Assembly: GCA_963663225.1 (NCBI GenBank)
Contig: OY760142.1
Coordinates: 768,001 to 832,000 of the forward strand
DNA length: 64,000 nucleotides
Direction of reading: 5' to 3'
From: Nitrospirota bacterium
Lineage (GTDB): Bacteria > Nitrospirota > UBA9217
Under the pieces are notes generated by a model. That model was not told where the DNA came from and did no database searches. It saw only the letters and a list, made by a program, of their open reading frames with translations. A program made the translations under genes and the position numbers. Each line of letters opens with the position of its first letter. The first letter of the stretch is position 1. Positions 19,094 through 30,521 of this stretch are shown here, piece by piece.

Positions 19094-19543
19094 TTATTGA
19101 CAACCCGTCGTGACGGCAACAATGGTGGGAGAAGCACCGGCCCCAGCTGGCTGCGTATAACTCACCGCGCAGTTTGCTGGAGTTGGAGAGCCATTCAAGG
19201 TAAACGATGACGGTGCACCGGAAACAAAGGTGAAGCCCGACATATTGGATATGGCGTTGTTGATTCCTCCAGTTGCTGATGCAGGGAAGCCATATACCGT
19301 ACTTATCGTTACACCGCCTACCGAGACCGTTCCGGTCGACCGGAGCTCTCCGTTGATGATGGCAGACGCGTTTACTATGGCGGCTGCGCCGTTCACTGTA
19401 CCGAGCATGCCGTTCACGGCTGAAGTGCGGGCGCTGGTCTGCAGGTCAATATACCGTGGAATAGCGACCGCTGCCAGAATGCCAAGAATCACAATGACCA
19501 TGATCAACTCAATCAACGTAAAACCTTTCTGCTTCATTAACAT
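19094..19543 (-). CDS. mshA: Major pilin, MshA-like
   Basis: KG|FTLIELIMVIVILGILAAVAIPRY, YGFP, C-terminal Cys pair (C..Y...TGC), strong RBS, own terminator. Confidence 0.88.
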   Translation of the reverse strand: MLMKQKGFTLIELIMVIVILGILAAVAIPRYIDLQTSARTSAVNGMLGTVNGAAAIVNASAIINGELRSTGTVSVGGVTISTVYGFPASATGGINNAISNMSGFTFVSGAPSSFTLNGSPTPANCAVSYTQPAGAGASPTIVAVTTGCQ

Positions 19544-19738
19544 ATCCCCTCCCCAAAAATTAGTTAAGTACCTGTCAGGTGTTCTTTCGGCAACATCGGG
19601 AATCTACAGCAACCGAAACCGAGACTTCCGACGCATAATAAATTTTTATACAAATCAAACCATCTATAACCTATACGATTGTATCATGATTCCATGATAA
19701 GACAACAAAAAAATAAAGTTTTTGTTTTCTTACCTGTG

Positions 19739-20953
19739 TTACCGTTTAAACAAATTCATCAGGTCCCACATGGGCAAAAATATCCCCAAAGCCAGAAACA
19801 GGACCATCCCGCCGATAAAGAAAAGAAGGACCGGCTCAATCATGCTCGAAAGATTTCGCAGGGTATAATCCACTTCCACATCATAATAATCGGAAACCTT
19901 GTTCAGCATATCGTCAGCTTTACCGGTCTCTTCCCCGACGGCCATCATCTGCACAACAAGCGGAGGAAACAGCCCCGATGCTTCCATCGGATCGTGAAGA
20001 TTTTTCCCTTCCCGCAGGCTGTCGCGCATTCCCGCTATCGCACGCGCAATCACGACGTTGTTCACAACCTCCGCTCCGATTTCAAGCGTGATCATCATGG
20101 AAATACCGCTCCGCTGCAATGCGGCGAATATTCGCGCGAACCGGGAGAGCGCCACTTTTTGGAAAAGTGCCCCGAATATGGGGAGCTTCAGTTTGAATGC
20201 ATCCCACTGCCACCTGCCCTGCGGCGTGCGTATATACCAGTAAATTCCGCCGGCAAGAAGGCCGATACCCAGAATAATAAGATACCAGTAATTTTGTATA
20301 CCGTGGTTGATGTTGATAAGAATGCGCGTCGGCAGAGGCAACTCAGTCTTGAACTGCGCGAAAACCGCACTGAACTTCGGGATGACAAAGGTGACCAGAA
20401 ATACAAACGCAATACAAATGGCCGCCACGACAAATAAGGGATACCGCACCGCGGTCTTGACGCGGGCGGATGTCTCCGCTTCGTGCTCCGCAAGATGTGC
20501 CAGACGGTTCAGGATATCATCCAGAATGCCCCCGGTCTCTCCGGCCTGGATCATGCTTACATACATTTTACTGAAAAGCGCCGGATGTTTGGCCAGCGCT
20601 CCGGAGAAAGAAAGACCGGCCTCCAGATCACGCGCTACATCCATAATGGTTTTTTTGAGCCGGGGGCTTTCCGTCTGTTTCTCCATCGTGAATAAACACT
20701 GAAGCAGTGGTATGCCGGCGCTCATAAGGGTCGCGAGCTGTCTGTTAAATATGATAAGGTCCTGCGGTTTGACTCGGGAAAATCTCGACAAAAAATCCGG
20801 CGTAACCAGTTTGGGGGCTTGTTCCTCGATCAGAACCGGTATAAAACCCATGGTTGAAAGCTGGTCAGCGACGGCCTCTTTGGCACGTGCCTCCATTGCC
20901 CCGGCGTGCAAACCACCTTCTTTGTCCCGTGCCTTATATCGGTACAGTGGCAT
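19739..20953 (-). CDS. pilC: Type II secretion system F family platform protein (PilC/MshG)
   Basis: YRYKARD, QAGETGG, VGEETG and IEP..LPMW motifs. Confidence 0.93.
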   Translation of the reverse strand: MPLYRYKARDKEGGLHAGAMEARAKEAVADQLSTMGFIPVLIEEQAPKLVTPDFLSRFSRVKPQDLIIFNRQLATLMSAGIPLLQCLFTMEKQTESPRLKKTIMDVARDLEAGLSFSGALAKHPALFSKMYVSMIQAGETGGILDDILNRLAHLAEHEAETSARVKTAVRYPLFVVAAICIAFVFLVTFVIPKFSAVFAQFKTELPLPTRILININHGIQNYWYLIILGIGLLAGGIYWYIRTPQGRWQWDAFKLKLPIFGALFQKVALSRFARIFAALQRSGISMMITLEIGAEVVNNVVIARAIAGMRDSLREGKNLHDPMEASGLFPPLVVQMMAVGEETGKADDMLNKVSDYYDVEVDYTLRNLSSMIEPVLLFFIGGMVLFLALGIFLPMWDLMNLFKR

Positions 20954-21103
20954 TTCAGTCCCTCGTCAAAAAAACCGTGTGATGAAAAGGCAACGTGCAA
21001 TTACAGAGCTCTTATCCGCTGAGCCGTTTTATAATTGCGCGTAACGTACCATAAAAAAAGGGGTTCTGCAACCAAACAAAAAATTGCACAAAATAAAATA
21101 ATA

Positions 21104-21132
21104 TTGACAAATACAATTTTATAGGTTAAGAT
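21104..21132 (+). promoter_or_regulatory. Putative sigma70 promoter of rho
   Basis: TTGACA-17 nt-TAAGAT, about 290 nt upstream of the ATG. Confidence 0.6.
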
Positions 21133-21428
21133 TTTACCGCATATTATCCTAGTCAACAACCCCTGTTATTACCTAGCCAAAGCTGAATAACCAGGTTAAT
21201 AAACAACCCTTTTGCAGAGGAAATAAGCTTATCCGTAACAAAATCACGAGCCATTATAATTCAACCCAAACGCCGACAGATTAACGGAATCTGCTCGCCT
21301 TTAGGACATTGCCATCGTGCATATGGTTGCGCCGCATGTACACAGGAGCACAATAATTTATCAACCCACCCCCATTATCAGGGATCAAACCTGTCTGCCC
21401 TTCAATCCCGGGCCCAAGGAGTAACACC

Positions 21429-22676
21429 ATGAATTTAGTAGAACTAAAAGGAAAAAACATTGCTGAGCTGACCGCAATGGCGGATGAGCTGAAAGTCGAG
21501 GGCGTCAGCGGAATGCGAAAGCAGGAACTGATCTTTGCAATCCTGCAGGCGCAGACCGAAAAGAACGGCATGATCTTCGGCGAAGGCGTGCTCGAAATTC
21601 TGCCGGACGGCTTCGGTTTTCTCAGAGCTCCCGATTACAACTACCTTCCCGGTCCGGACGACATCTATGTCTCCCCGTCGCAGATTCGCAGGTTCAACAT
21701 CCGCACCGGTGACACGGTTTCGGGGCAGATACGGCCTCCAAAAGAAGGCGAGCGGTATTTCGCTCTGCTGAAAGTCGACGCCATTAACTATGAAGATCCG
21801 GAAATATCCCGAACAAAAATCCTGTTTGACAACCTCACGCCGTACTATCCGGAAAAGAAAATAAAACTCGAACACTCCCCCACGGACTACACCACGCGCG
21901 CCATGGACCTTATCACGCCCATCGGCATGGGCCAGCGCGGTATGATCGTTGCTCCGCCTCGCACCGGCAAAACCATGCTGCTCCAGGCCATTGCCAAGGC
22001 GATTTTGAAAAACCATAAAGACATAAAGCTCATCGTGCTTTTGATTGACGAACGTCCGGAAGAAGTCACGGACTGGCAGCGGCAGGTGAAAGCAGAAATC
22101 ATCAGTTCCACCTTCGATGAACCTCCGCAAAGGCACGTGCAGGTCGCCGATATGGTGAGCGAACGAGCAAAGCGGCTTGTGGAGCACAAAAAAGACGTGG
22201 TCATTCTTCTCGACAGCATCACCCGGCTTGCGCGCGCCCATAATGCAATCATTCCCGCCTCGGGCAAGGTGCTGTCCGGCGGCCTTGATGCCAACGCGCT
22301 TCAGCGTCCGAAACGGTTTTTCGGCGCGGCCCGAAGCATTGAGGGAGGCGGAAGCCTTACCATCCTGGCGACAGCGCTCGTTGATACGGGCAGCCGCATG
22401 GATGATGTGATCTTCGAAGAATTCAAGGGTACGGGCAACATGGAGCTCCACCTCGACCGGAAGCTCGTGGACAAACGTGTCTTCCCGGCCATTGATATCA
22501 ATGCGTCCGGCACCCGCAAGGAAGAGCTGCTGGTTGACAAGGACGATCTGAACCGCATGTGGATTCTCCGAAAGGTGTTGAATCCGCTCACCACGGTGGA
22601 GAGCATGGAGTTTCTTCTTGAAAAACTCAAACAGGCAAAAACCAACCGCGATTTCCTGGACTCCATGAACAAGTAG
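21429..22676 (+). CDS. rho: Transcription termination factor Rho
   Basis: [23 protein letters not shown] and [11 protein letters not shown] motifs. Confidence 0.99.
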   Translation: MNLVELKGKNIAELTAMADELKVEGVSGMRKQELIFAILQAQTEKNGMIFGEGVLEILPDGFGFLRAPDYNYLPGPDDIYVSPSQIRRFNIRTGDTVSGQIRPPKEGERYFALLKVDAINYEDPEISRTKILFDNLTPYYPEKKIKLEHSPTDYTTRAMDLITPIGMGQRGMIVAPPRTGKTMLLQAIAKAILKNHKDIKLIVLLIDERPEEVTDWQRQVKAEIISSTFDEPPQRHVQVADMVSERAKRLVEHKKDVVILLDSITRLARAHNAIIPASGKVLSGGLDANALQRPKRFFGAARSIEGGGSLTILATALVDTGSRMDDVIFEEFKGTGNMELHLDRKLVDKRVFPAIDINASGTRKEELLVDKDDLNRMWILRKVLNPLTTVESMEFLLEKLKQAKTNRDFLDSMNK

Positions 22677-22891
22677 CAAACCGTATACAGACTGCGGTAT
22701 TTTCGGCAGGATGCCCTGTGGACCGAAATCGAAGAGGTTTTTTTATCACCGTGCCTCCTCAAGCAGAGCATCGTTGTCGTTCATTTTTTGCTTGTAAATT
22801 TAGATAGTTTGGTATATTATTACGCCCTTAACGAGAAAGCCACAGCATCCTGCTGTGGCTGTGGCTTTTATAACAGGAGGAAATGAAACAT

Positions 22892-23092
22892 ATGAAAGAG
22901 AACATTCATCCAGACTACAAACTGACCACGGTCAGTTGCGCCTGCGGAGAAACATTTCAGACCCGGTCGACAAAAAAGACATTGAAGCTCGATATCTGCT
23001 CCGTTTGCCACCCTTTTTTCACCGGCAAACAGAAGCTTATCGATACTGAAGGCCGCGTGGACAAGTTCAGAAAAAAATACAAAAAGGCGTAG
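22892..23092 (+). CDS. rpmE: 50S ribosomal protein L31 (Zn-binding type)
   Basis: IHPDY, CACG and [13 protein letters not shown] motifs. Confidence 0.97.
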   Translation: MKENIHPDYKLTTVSCACGETFQTRSTKKTLKLDICSVCHPFFTGKQKLIDTEGRVDKFRKKYKKA

Positions 23093-23180
23093 GCCGGACG
23101 ATGGGGAGGAGGGAACTCGTTTTCTTCATTCCTTCCCACGCGAAATAGAGGCCAATTTTCACGGTTCCGAGGTTTTTGCT

Positions 23181-24086
23181 TTGTCTGAGAAACTGAACAT
23201 AGGCGGTCAGGCGGTGCTGGAAGGCGTTATGATGCGCTCTCCCCATGCTTTTACCGTGGCGGTACGCCAGGGGGGGAAACCCGACGCTGAAATCGTTGTT
23301 ATGAACCAGCACCTCAAGCCGCTCGGCGAACGATTCCCTTTTTTGAAAAAAAAATTAATCCGGGGTACGGCGGCATTATTCGAGGCTCTGTGGCTCGGCA
23401 TCCGGGCGCTTAACTTCTCGGCAAACGAAGCGTTCGAAAGCAAAGACGGAAAAAAGGAAGAAATAACCCCGCTCGCCATGGCCGGCACGTTGGCCGTAGC
23501 GCTCATTTTTTCTCTTGGCATCTTTCTGGCACTCCCTCTTCTTCTGACCAATCTGCTCGGCATGCACTATGAGACCGTCAACAAAAACGGGGTCTTGTTC
23601 AATCTGACCGACGGCGTCTTCCGGGTCGCGTTGTTTCTCGGATATGTGTCCGGCATCTCCTGCATGAAGGACATCCGCCGGGTATTTGAATACCATGGCG
23701 CTGAGCATAAATCCATCGGCGCTTACGAGGCAGGTGTGGAACTGACGGTGCAGAATGCTCGCTGGTATTCCTGCATTCATCCGCGTTGCGGGACGAGTTT
23801 TCTGCTCGCAGTGGTCGTGCTCTCGATTCTCGTGTTTTCGCTCATTCCCGGAGACTGGCCGCTCTGGGCAAAAGGGGCCGCACGGATTGCCTTGCTGCCG
23901 GTTATCGCGGGGCTTGGCTATGAATTCATCAAGTACAGCGCAAAAAAAAGCGAGAACGCTCTGATCAAATGCCTGATGCTCCCGGGTCTCTGGCTCCAGC
24001 GCCTTACCACGCGTGAACCGTCGGACGATCAGATAGAGGTGGCCATCAGGGCCCTCAATGAGGCCCTCGCGATGGAACCCCGCTAA
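23181..24086 (+). CDS. DUF1385 membrane protein
   Basis: GGQAVLEGVMM, YHGAEHK, HPRCGTSF and LQRLTTREP motifs; conserved rpmE-prfA context. Confidence 0.9.
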   Translation: MSEKLNIGGQAVLEGVMMRSPHAFTVAVRQGGKPDAEIVVMNQHLKPLGERFPFLKKKLIRGTAALFEALWLGIRALNFSANEAFESKDGKKEEITPLAMAGTLAVALIFSLGIFLALPLLLTNLLGMHYETVNKNGVLFNLTDGVFRVALFLGYVSGISCMKDIRRVFEYHGAEHKSIGAYEAGVELTVQNARWYSCIHPRCGTSFLLAVVVLSILVFSLIPGDWPLWAKGAARIALLPVIAGLGYEFIKYSAKKSENALIKCLMLPGLWLQRLTTREPSDDQIEVAIRALNEALAMEPR

Positions 24087-24099
24087 AGCGGGGTTTTTT
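24077..24099 (+). terminator. Intrinsic terminator
   Basis: AACCCCGC-TAAA-GCGGGGTT followed by a T-run. Confidence 0.75.
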
Positions 24100-24223
24100 G
24101 TTGGTGAAACAGCAGCCGCTCCCCGGAGCTTGCGGGGTGCAAATAGTTTTCTCTATTTATAGGGAATATTCAGCCTTCGGAGGCCGCTCCTGAGAGCGTC
24201 CCCCGTGTGGTGATTATAAAATC

Positions 24224-25291
24224 ATGCTGAAAAAATTGGACGCTGTAGCGGAAAAATACGACGAGTTGACGAGACTCCTTGCTGATCCTTCGGTCGCGGC
24301 AGACCATCAGCAATATCTGAAATACTCCAGGGAACGGTCTGATATTGAAGAAGTGGTGCACCATTACCGCGCATATCAGGACAGCATCAGGCAGATTCAT
24401 GACGCCGAAGAGATGCTGAACGACAAACAGGCGGACAGCGAACTCCGGGAGATGGCAGACGCCGAGCTCAAAGACCTCCGCACCAAAGTCGGGCAGATGG
24501 AGCAGGAGCTCCGCATCATGCTCGTGCCCAAGGACCCGCGAGACGATAAAAATATTTTTCTGGAAATCCGGGCTGGCGCCGGCGGCGATGAAGCAGGCCT
24601 TTTCGCGGCGGAACTCTTCCGCATGTATTCACGGTACGCGGAGAAGAAACGCTGGAAGGTAACGCTTCTTGATATGAACACTACCGGCGTCGGCGGCGCA
24701 AAGGAAGTGGTTGCACAAATCCAGGGCAAGGGCGTGTACAGCAAACTCAAATACGAGAGCGGCGTCCACCGGGTGCAGCGGGTTCCGGCAACCGAGGCAG
24801 GCGGCAGAATTCACACCTCGACGGTGACGGTGGCGGTGCTTCCCGAAGCAGAGGATGTGGACGTCCAGATTGAGCAAAAGGATCTCCGTATCGATACGTA
24901 TTGCTCTTCCGGCCCCGGCGGCCAAAGCGTGAACACCACATACTCCGCTGTCAGAATCACTCACATTCCGACGGGTGAGGTTGTAGCGTGCCAGGATGAG
25001 CGGTCGCAGCTCAAAAACCGCGAAAAAGCCATGAAGATTCTCAAATCCCGGCTCGTGGAACGGGAACGGGAGCGGCAGGAGGCAGAAACCGCCCAGGACC
25101 GCAAGTCCCAGGTGGGATCGGGCGACCGGAGCGAGAAAATCAGAACCTACAACTTCCCGCAAAGCAGGGTGACCGACCATCGCATCGGGCTTTCCCTGTA
25201 CCGCCTCGACTCGGTGCTCGACGGCGATCTGGATGAGTTTATCGACGCTCTGGCGGCGGCATCAAACGCCGAACGGTTGAAAAATTTGTGA
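24224..25291 (+). CDS. prfA: Peptide chain release factor 1
   Basis: PAT tripeptide, GGQ motif, RTYNFPQSRVTDHRI. Confidence 0.98.
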   Translation: MLKKLDAVAEKYDELTRLLADPSVAADHQQYLKYSRERSDIEEVVHHYRAYQDSIRQIHDAEEMLNDKQADSELREMADAELKDLRTKVGQMEQELRIMLVPKDPRDDKNIFLEIRAGAGGDEAGLFAAELFRMYSRYAEKKRWKVTLLDMNTTGVGGAKEVVAQIQGKGVYSKLKYESGVHRVQRVPATEAGGRIHTSTVTVAVLPEAEDVDVQIEQKDLRIDTYCSSGPGGQSVNTTYSAVRITHIPTGEVVACQDERSQLKNREKAMKILKSRLVERERERQEAETAQDRKSQVGSGDRSEKIRTYNFPQSRVTDHRIGLSLYRLDSVLDGDLDEFIDALAAASNAERLKNL

Positions 25292-25380
25292 TTGCATTTC
25301 AATTTTTGGTTGCAAAACAACGGTCTTAAAACAGCGGCAGGTACTCAGCGCCGTAATTTGCATGCCGTCGGCTGCAATCG

Positions 25381-26250
25381 TTGCCATTGACTATTAGAGA
25401 AGCGGTACATAACGCTGAAGCAAAACTGATATCAGCCGGCGTTGCCAACGCACGACTTGATGCCGAAGTCCTCATCGCGCATATCTTGAACAAAAACCGC
25501 GCATGGGTCGTCACGCATGTTTTTGATGTTCTGGATGAGGAAGCCAATCGGGAATACGAAGCCGCATGCGACCGCAGAACGCGTCGCGAACCGCTCCAGT
25601 ACATCCTCGGCATGCAGGAATTCTGGGGGCTCGAATTCAGGGTCACTCCGGATGCGCTCATCCCAAGGCCGGAAACGGAACTGGTTGTAGAATCGGCGCT
25701 CACCGTTGCAAAAAGTCTTGACCGACAGACAACCATTGTGGATCTCGGCACCGGGTCAGGCTGCATTGCAATAAGTCTTGCGAAAGAACTGCCGACCGCG
25801 CATTTTTTCGCCATTGATGCATCGGAAAAGGCGCTTGTAATAGCCCGGGATAATTCAGCCAGACACAATGTTTCAGAGCGCATCCGGTTCCTGCGGGGCG
25901 ACCTGCTGGAACCGTTGGCTGAGACAAACGTCCGCGGACAGATAGACTTACTCGTTTCAAACCCTCCCTATGTGCGCTCAGGGGATCGCTGCTCGCTGCA
26001 ACCCGAAGTTCGGGACTATGAGCCGGAAGCTGCCCTTTTTTCCGGTTCCTGCGGCACTGAAATGCATCAACGCATCATTGCAGCGGCGCCCGATTATCTC
26101 AGGCGGCATGGCGCGCTTATTATGGAGATGGGGATGGGACAGGCTGGAGTGCTGCGGGAAATGTTCTCCGCATCGGGCGAATACACGGCTCCTGTTTTCT
26201 TCAAGGACCTTGCGGGCATAGAAAGGGTCGTGACGGCGCGAAAAGCGTAA
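25381..26250 (+). CDS. prmC: Release factor glutamine methyltransferase
   Basis: [15 protein letters not shown] and NPPY motifs. Confidence 0.96.
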   Translation: MPLTIREAVHNAEAKLISAGVANARLDAEVLIAHILNKNRAWVVTHVFDVLDEEANREYEAACDRRTRREPLQYILGMQEFWGLEFRVTPDALIPRPETELVVESALTVAKSLDRQTTIVDLGTGSGCIAISLAKELPTAHFFAIDASEKALVIARDNSARHNVSERIRFLRGDLLEPLAETNVRGQIDLLVSNPPYVRSGDRCSLQPEVRDYEPEAALFSGSCGTEMHQRIIAAAPDYLRRHGALIMEMGMGQAGVLREMFSASGEYTAPVFFKDLAGIERVVTARKA

Positions 26251-26285
26251 TCCGCGTTCGGACCGTTCAAATCACTTGTATTATC

Positions 26286-27533
26286 ATGAAAACCATCGTC
26301 ATTAACGGCGGGAAAAAACTGAAAGGTGAAGTCCTTGTCAGCGGTGCGAAAAACGCCGCGCTGCCGATTATCGCCGCGGGACTTCTGTGTCCGGAAAAGC
26401 ACGTTGTTTCCAACGTGCCGCTTCTGGCCGATGTGAAAACCCTCGGGAAGATACTCCAGAACATGGGAGTGTCCGTCGAGCGGCAGGACAAAGACGTCAT
26501 CATCGACGCAAGCGGGATTCTAAACCCCGAAGCGCCGTATGACCTCGTGCGCACGATGCGGGCATCGGTGCTTGTGCTCGGCCCCCTCGTGGCACGTGCT
26601 GGAAAAGCGCGGGTTTCGCTTCCCGGTGGATGCGCCATCGGAGCCCGCCCGATTAATCTGCATTTGATGGGCCTGGAGAAGCTCGGAGCGTCCGTCGAAA
26701 TCAAGCATGGGTATGTTCTGGCAAAGGCAAAGAAACTCCGGGGAGCGCGCATCTATTTCGATACCGTGACCGTGACCGGCACTGAAAACATCATGATGGC
26801 AGCCGTACTCGCCCGGGGTGAAACCATTTTGGAAAACGCCGCGCGGGAGCCCGAGGTCACGGACCTTGCGAACGCACTCGTGCAAATGGGCGCACGGATT
26901 GAAGGTGCCGGTACCGACATTATCAGGATCCAGGGCGTGGAGGAACTCGGGCCCATGAATTATACGGTGATGCCGGATCGCATCGAAACGGGAACGTTCA
27001 TCATCGCGGCGACCATAACCAATGGCTCGATCAAAATTAAAAACTGCTGCCCCGTCCACCTTGAGGCCATCCTCGCTAAAGTAGCCGAGGCCGGTGCGGA
27101 GATCAAAATCGACAAGGGAACGCTGCAGGTAACCGGCAGCCGCAAAATAAAACCCGTGGACATAAAGACGCTGGAATATCCTGGCTTCCCCACGGACATG
27201 CAGGCTCAATTCATGAGCCTCATGTGTCTGGCGGACGGCACGAGCGTAATCAACGAAACCATTTTTGAAAACCGTTTCACCCACGTTGCGGAACTGAGGC
27301 GCATGGGCGCCGACATCCAGACGGAAGGCAGAAGCGCCGTTGTGAAAGGCATGCCGAAGCTTTCCGCCGCTCCGGTCATGGCGACCGACCTTCGCGCAAG
27401 CGCCTCGCTGATCCTCGCGGGCCTCGCCGCAGAAGGGCAGACGGTCGTATCCCGCATATACCATCTGGACCGGGGATATGAAAATATTGAACAAAAGCTG
27501 TCAGCGCTCGGGGCGGACATCAAGCGAATTTAA
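26286..27533 (+). CDS. murA: UDP-N-acetylglucosamine 1-carboxyvinyltransferase
   Basis: [18 protein letters not shown] and [10 protein letters not shown] motifs. Confidence 0.98.
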   Translation: MKTIVINGGKKLKGEVLVSGAKNAALPIIAAGLLCPEKHVVSNVPLLADVKTLGKILQNMGVSVERQDKDVIIDASGILNPEAPYDLVRTMRASVLVLGPLVARAGKARVSLPGGCAIGARPINLHLMGLEKLGASVEIKHGYVLAKAKKLRGARIYFDTVTVTGTENIMMAAVLARGETILENAAREPEVTDLANALVQMGARIEGAGTDIIRIQGVEELGPMNYTVMPDRIETGTFIIAATITNGSIKIKNCCPVHLEAILAKVAEAGAEIKIDKGTLQVTGSRKIKPVDIKTLEYPGFPTDMQAQFMSLMCLADGTSVINETIFENRFTHVAELRRMGADIQTEGRSAVVKGMPKLSAAPVMATDLRASASLILAGLAAEGQTVVSRIYHLDRGYENIEQKLSALGADIKRI

Positions 27534-27596
27534 TCCACCTGCAGCAGACAGGCTTTTCGTACCGTAACTGCATACTTAACCATCACAGAGGTTGTC

Positions 27597-28889
27597 ATGA
27601 AAATTCTTGATTCTCAACAAAACGACGTCGGCTCGGAGCTAAAACGCATCATCAACCGCGGCGAAACAGTGACTGAAGACATTGCTGCGACCGTAAAGGA
27701 AATCATCGAGCGCGTCCGCAAGGAAGGCGATCCTGCGGTCATCGAATACACCGAAAAATTCGACAAGCTCAAGCTCGGTCTCAAAGACATCAGAGTGTCA
27801 CCGGAGGAAATCAAGCAGGCGTACTCCAACGTCGAAGCAAAAAAAGTCGATTCGCTCAAGCTAGCAGCCGATAATATCCGCTCCTTTCATGAGAAGCAAA
27901 AGCACACTTCCTGGGTCTCTCAGGAGGCAGACGGCGTAATGGTAGGCAATCTGATCCGTCCAATCCGAAGCGCGGGCGTGTATGTCCCGGGCGGAAAGGC
28001 GTCGTATCCTTCCTCCGTGCTCATGAATGTCATTCCTGCGCAGGTCGCAGGCGTAGAGCACCTGCTTATGTGCTGTCCGGCCCCTGGAGGGAACCTGAAC
28101 CCCTATACGCTGGTTGCCGCAGACATTGTGGGAGTAACAGAAATCTACCGGATCGGCGGGGCTCAGGCCGTTGCCGCCATGGCGTACGGCACGGCGTCCA
28201 TTCCAAAAGTGGACAAGATCGTCGGCCCCGGAAACATCTATGTTGCTACGGCAAAACGGTTTGTTTTCGGACAGGTGGATATAGATATGATAGCAGGCCC
28301 CAGTGAAATCCTGGTTATCGCCGATCATACGGCCGATCCCGTCTATGTGGCGGCAGACCTTCTTTCGCAGGCCGAGCATGATGAGCTCGCCTCCTCCCTC
28401 CTTGTCACCAATTCACGGGAACTGGCGGAGAAAGTAAACGGGGAAATTGAGCAGCAGCTCGCAGCCCTGTCGCGAAAGGAAATTACGCGAAAATCCCTGG
28501 ACCGGTTCGGCGCTCTTATCATCACGAATAATCTGCAGGAGGCGGCTGAAATCTCCAACTCGATCGCTCCGGAGCATTTGGAACTGGCAGTGGAGAAACC
28601 TTTCGAACTGCTTGCCATGATCAAAAACGCGGGAGCAATTTTTCTCGGCCATTATACTCCGGAGTCCATTGGCGACTATATTGCCGGACCGAATCATGTG
28701 CTTCCGACCGGCGGTACCGCGAGATTTTTTTCCCCCCTGTCTACAGACAGTTTTTTGAAAAAATCGAGCCTGATTTTTTATCCCAGGGAAAGTCTGGACA
28801 AGGTTGCCGATGCCGTTCTGCAAATTGCGGAAGTGGAAGGGCTCGATGCGCATGGGAATACAATCAAGGTACGGATGTCAAAAAAATAA
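27597..28889 (+). CDS. hisD: Histidinol dehydrogenase
   Basis: [25 protein letters not shown] and GPNHVLPT motifs. Confidence 0.98.
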   Translation: MKILDSQQNDVGSELKRIINRGETVTEDIAATVKEIIERVRKEGDPAVIEYTEKFDKLKLGLKDIRVSPEEIKQAYSNVEAKKVDSLKLAADNIRSFHEKQKHTSWVSQEADGVMVGNLIRPIRSAGVYVPGGKASYPSSVLMNVIPAQVAGVEHLLMCCPAPGGNLNPYTLVAADIVGVTEIYRIGGAQAVAAMAYGTASIPKVDKIVGPGNIYVATAKRFVFGQVDIDMIAGPSEILVIADHTADPVYVAADLLSQAEHDELASSLLVTNSRELAEKVNGEIEQQLAALSRKEITRKSLDRFGALIITNNLQEAAEISNSIAPEHLELAVEKPFELLAMIKNAGAIFLGHYTPESIGDYIAGPNHVLPTGGTARFFSPLSTDSFLKKSSLIFYPRESLDKVADAVLQIAEVEGLDAHGNTIKVRMSKK

Positions 28890-28950
28890 TTTTTTAAAGG
28901 CCGCCGGGAACACAACCTCTCCGGCCGCAGTTTCTTGTGAGGAGATGCAC

Positions 28951-29871
28951 ATGCCGACAAAATATAAAGCCAAACCGGTAAACAGTAAAACCCCCGCCGC
29001 TCCCAAGCTCAAACTCGGACTTCCCAAAGGCAGCCTGCAGGATGCGACTTTTAAGCTGTTCGACAAAGCAGGTTATCGCATACAGGTCAATTCGAGAAGC
29101 TACTACCCCAGCGTAGACGATCCTGATATCGAGTGCATTCTCGTACGCGCTCAGGAAATGGCCCGCTACGTTGACAACGGCATATTTGATGTAGGCCTCA
29201 CCGGCAGGGACTGGGTCCTTGAGCAGAACGCCGATGTGGTCGATGTCGCAGAGCTCAAATATGCAAAGGGAGGACTCACGCCCGTCCGATGGGTCGTGGC
29301 TGTGCCCGAGGATTCCCCTATCAAAACGCTAAAAGACCTGAAAGGAAAACGCATCGCCACCGAACTTGTCGGCTATACCAAACGGTATCTGAAATCCAAA
29401 GGGATTTCTGCAGATGTGGAGTTCTCGTGGGGCGCTACCGAGGTAAAGCCGCCGAAGCTCGCCGATGCCATCGTGGAACTTACGGAAACAGGCAATTCAC
29501 TCAGAGCGAACAAACTCAGAATCGTCGATGTCATCCTCGAATCCACCACCCGCATCATCGCAAACAAGAAAGCGTGGAAGGACCCGTGGAAAAAAAAGAA
29601 AATCGAAAACCTGACCATGCTCTTGCAGGGAGCACTTGCAGCTGAGGAAAAAGTGGGGCTCAAGATGAACGCGCCCAAGGCGAACCTCAAGGAGATCTGC
29701 GGCCTGCTTCCTTCAATGCATGCTCCGACGATCTCACACCAGACGGACCCGGCATGGGTCAGTCTCGAGGTCATCCTGGATGAAAAACAGGCCCGAAACC
29801 TGATACCCCGCCTGAAGCGGCGCGGTGCATCAGGCATCGTTGAATACCCTTTGAACAAAGTGATTCCTTAA
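28951..29871 (+). CDS. hisG: ATP phosphoribosyltransferase (long form)
   Basis: [14 protein letters not shown] and ETGNSLRAN motifs plus C-terminal regulatory domain; GAGGAG RBS. Confidence 0.96.
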   Translation: MPTKYKAKPVNSKTPAAPKLKLGLPKGSLQDATFKLFDKAGYRIQVNSRSYYPSVDDPDIECILVRAQEMARYVDNGIFDVGLTGRDWVLEQNADVVDVAELKYAKGGLTPVRWVVAVPEDSPIKTLKDLKGKRIATELVGYTKRYLKSKGISADVEFSWGATEVKPPKLADAIVELTETGNSLRANKLRIVDVILESTTRIIANKKAWKDPWKKKKIENLTMLLQGALAAEEKVGLKMNAPKANLKEICGLLPSMHAPTISHQTDPAWVSLEVILDEKQARNLIPRLKRRGASGIVEYPLNKVIP

Positions 29872-29874
29872 ACC

Positions 29875-29900
29875 AAGGCGGCCGAATGGCCGCTTTTTTT
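29875..29900 (+). terminator. Intrinsic terminator after hisG
   Basis: GGCGGCC-GAAT-GGCCGCT followed by a T-run. Confidence 0.8.
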
Positions 29901-30009
29901 ATCGCATCTCAGTTTTTGCTTGCACCTCAATACAATTTCCTGTATATATTTTTCCTGGACAAAAAATATTGTTCTTTAATCCTTTAAATCTGTTAAGGGA
30001 GGTTGCATA

Positions 30010-30447
30010 ATGATGAAGGAACAAAGAGGTTTTACGCTTATTGAGCTGATTATCGTGATTGTTATCCTCGGTCTTCTGGCAGCGCTTGCCATACCAAAGT
30101 ATATTTCTGTTCAACAGCAGGCGCGTACTGCCTCGATCAATGGCCTGGCAGGCGGGCTCAGAGGCGCGGTCGCTCTGGCACGGGCACAGTATATGGCGAC
30201 CGGGAATATGACTGCTACCACAGTCACCATGGACGGCACGGCTGTTGCCTGCGCCGCACGCACCGGCATCCCAACCGGCACTGCTGCGGGAATCGGGGCT
30301 GCAATGCAGGACTTGACCGGCTTTACTGGCACATACACCACTCCGACGGCGGTAACGTTCCAGTTCACCTCAAACCCGAGTGCAACCTGCGAAGCAGTTT
30401 ATAACGGAACCACGGGAATAGTCACCACGGTGATAACAGGTTGCTAA
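30010..30447 (+). CDS. Second MshA-like major pilin
   Basis: RG|FTLIELIIVIVILGLLAALAIPKY, C-terminal C..Y...TGC, GGGAGG RBS; clear paralogue of 19094-19543. Confidence 0.9.
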   Translation: MMKEQRGFTLIELIIVIVILGLLAALAIPKYISVQQQARTASINGLAGGLRGAVALARAQYMATGNMTATTVTMDGTAVACAARTGIPTGTAAGIGAAMQDLTGFTGTYTTPTAVTFQFTSNPSATCEAVYNGTTGIVTTVITGC

Positions 30448-30521
30448 CCGAGCGTCACCCTCGATCGGCTGTAAAACCGTGGGTTTTAAAACCACGTGCA
30501 GCTCAATTACAACTAATTTAC

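Noticed and set aside
19094-19543. Electrically conductive (e-pilin) interpretation of the pilins
   Set aside because: Both are full-length pilins with globular heads and long aromatic-free stretches, unlike short Geobacter-type pilins.
19544-19738. Possible GEMM riboswitch upstream of the major pilin
   Set aside because: A GTTGCCGAA segment resembles the aptamer 3' end, but the GCAAA/P2 tetraloop and GCAAAG elements are absent.
21444-22679. Long antisense ORF over rho (similar ones over hemE, murA and gltX)
   Set aside because: Shadow ORFs on the reverse strand of conserved genes, with no motifs or RBS.
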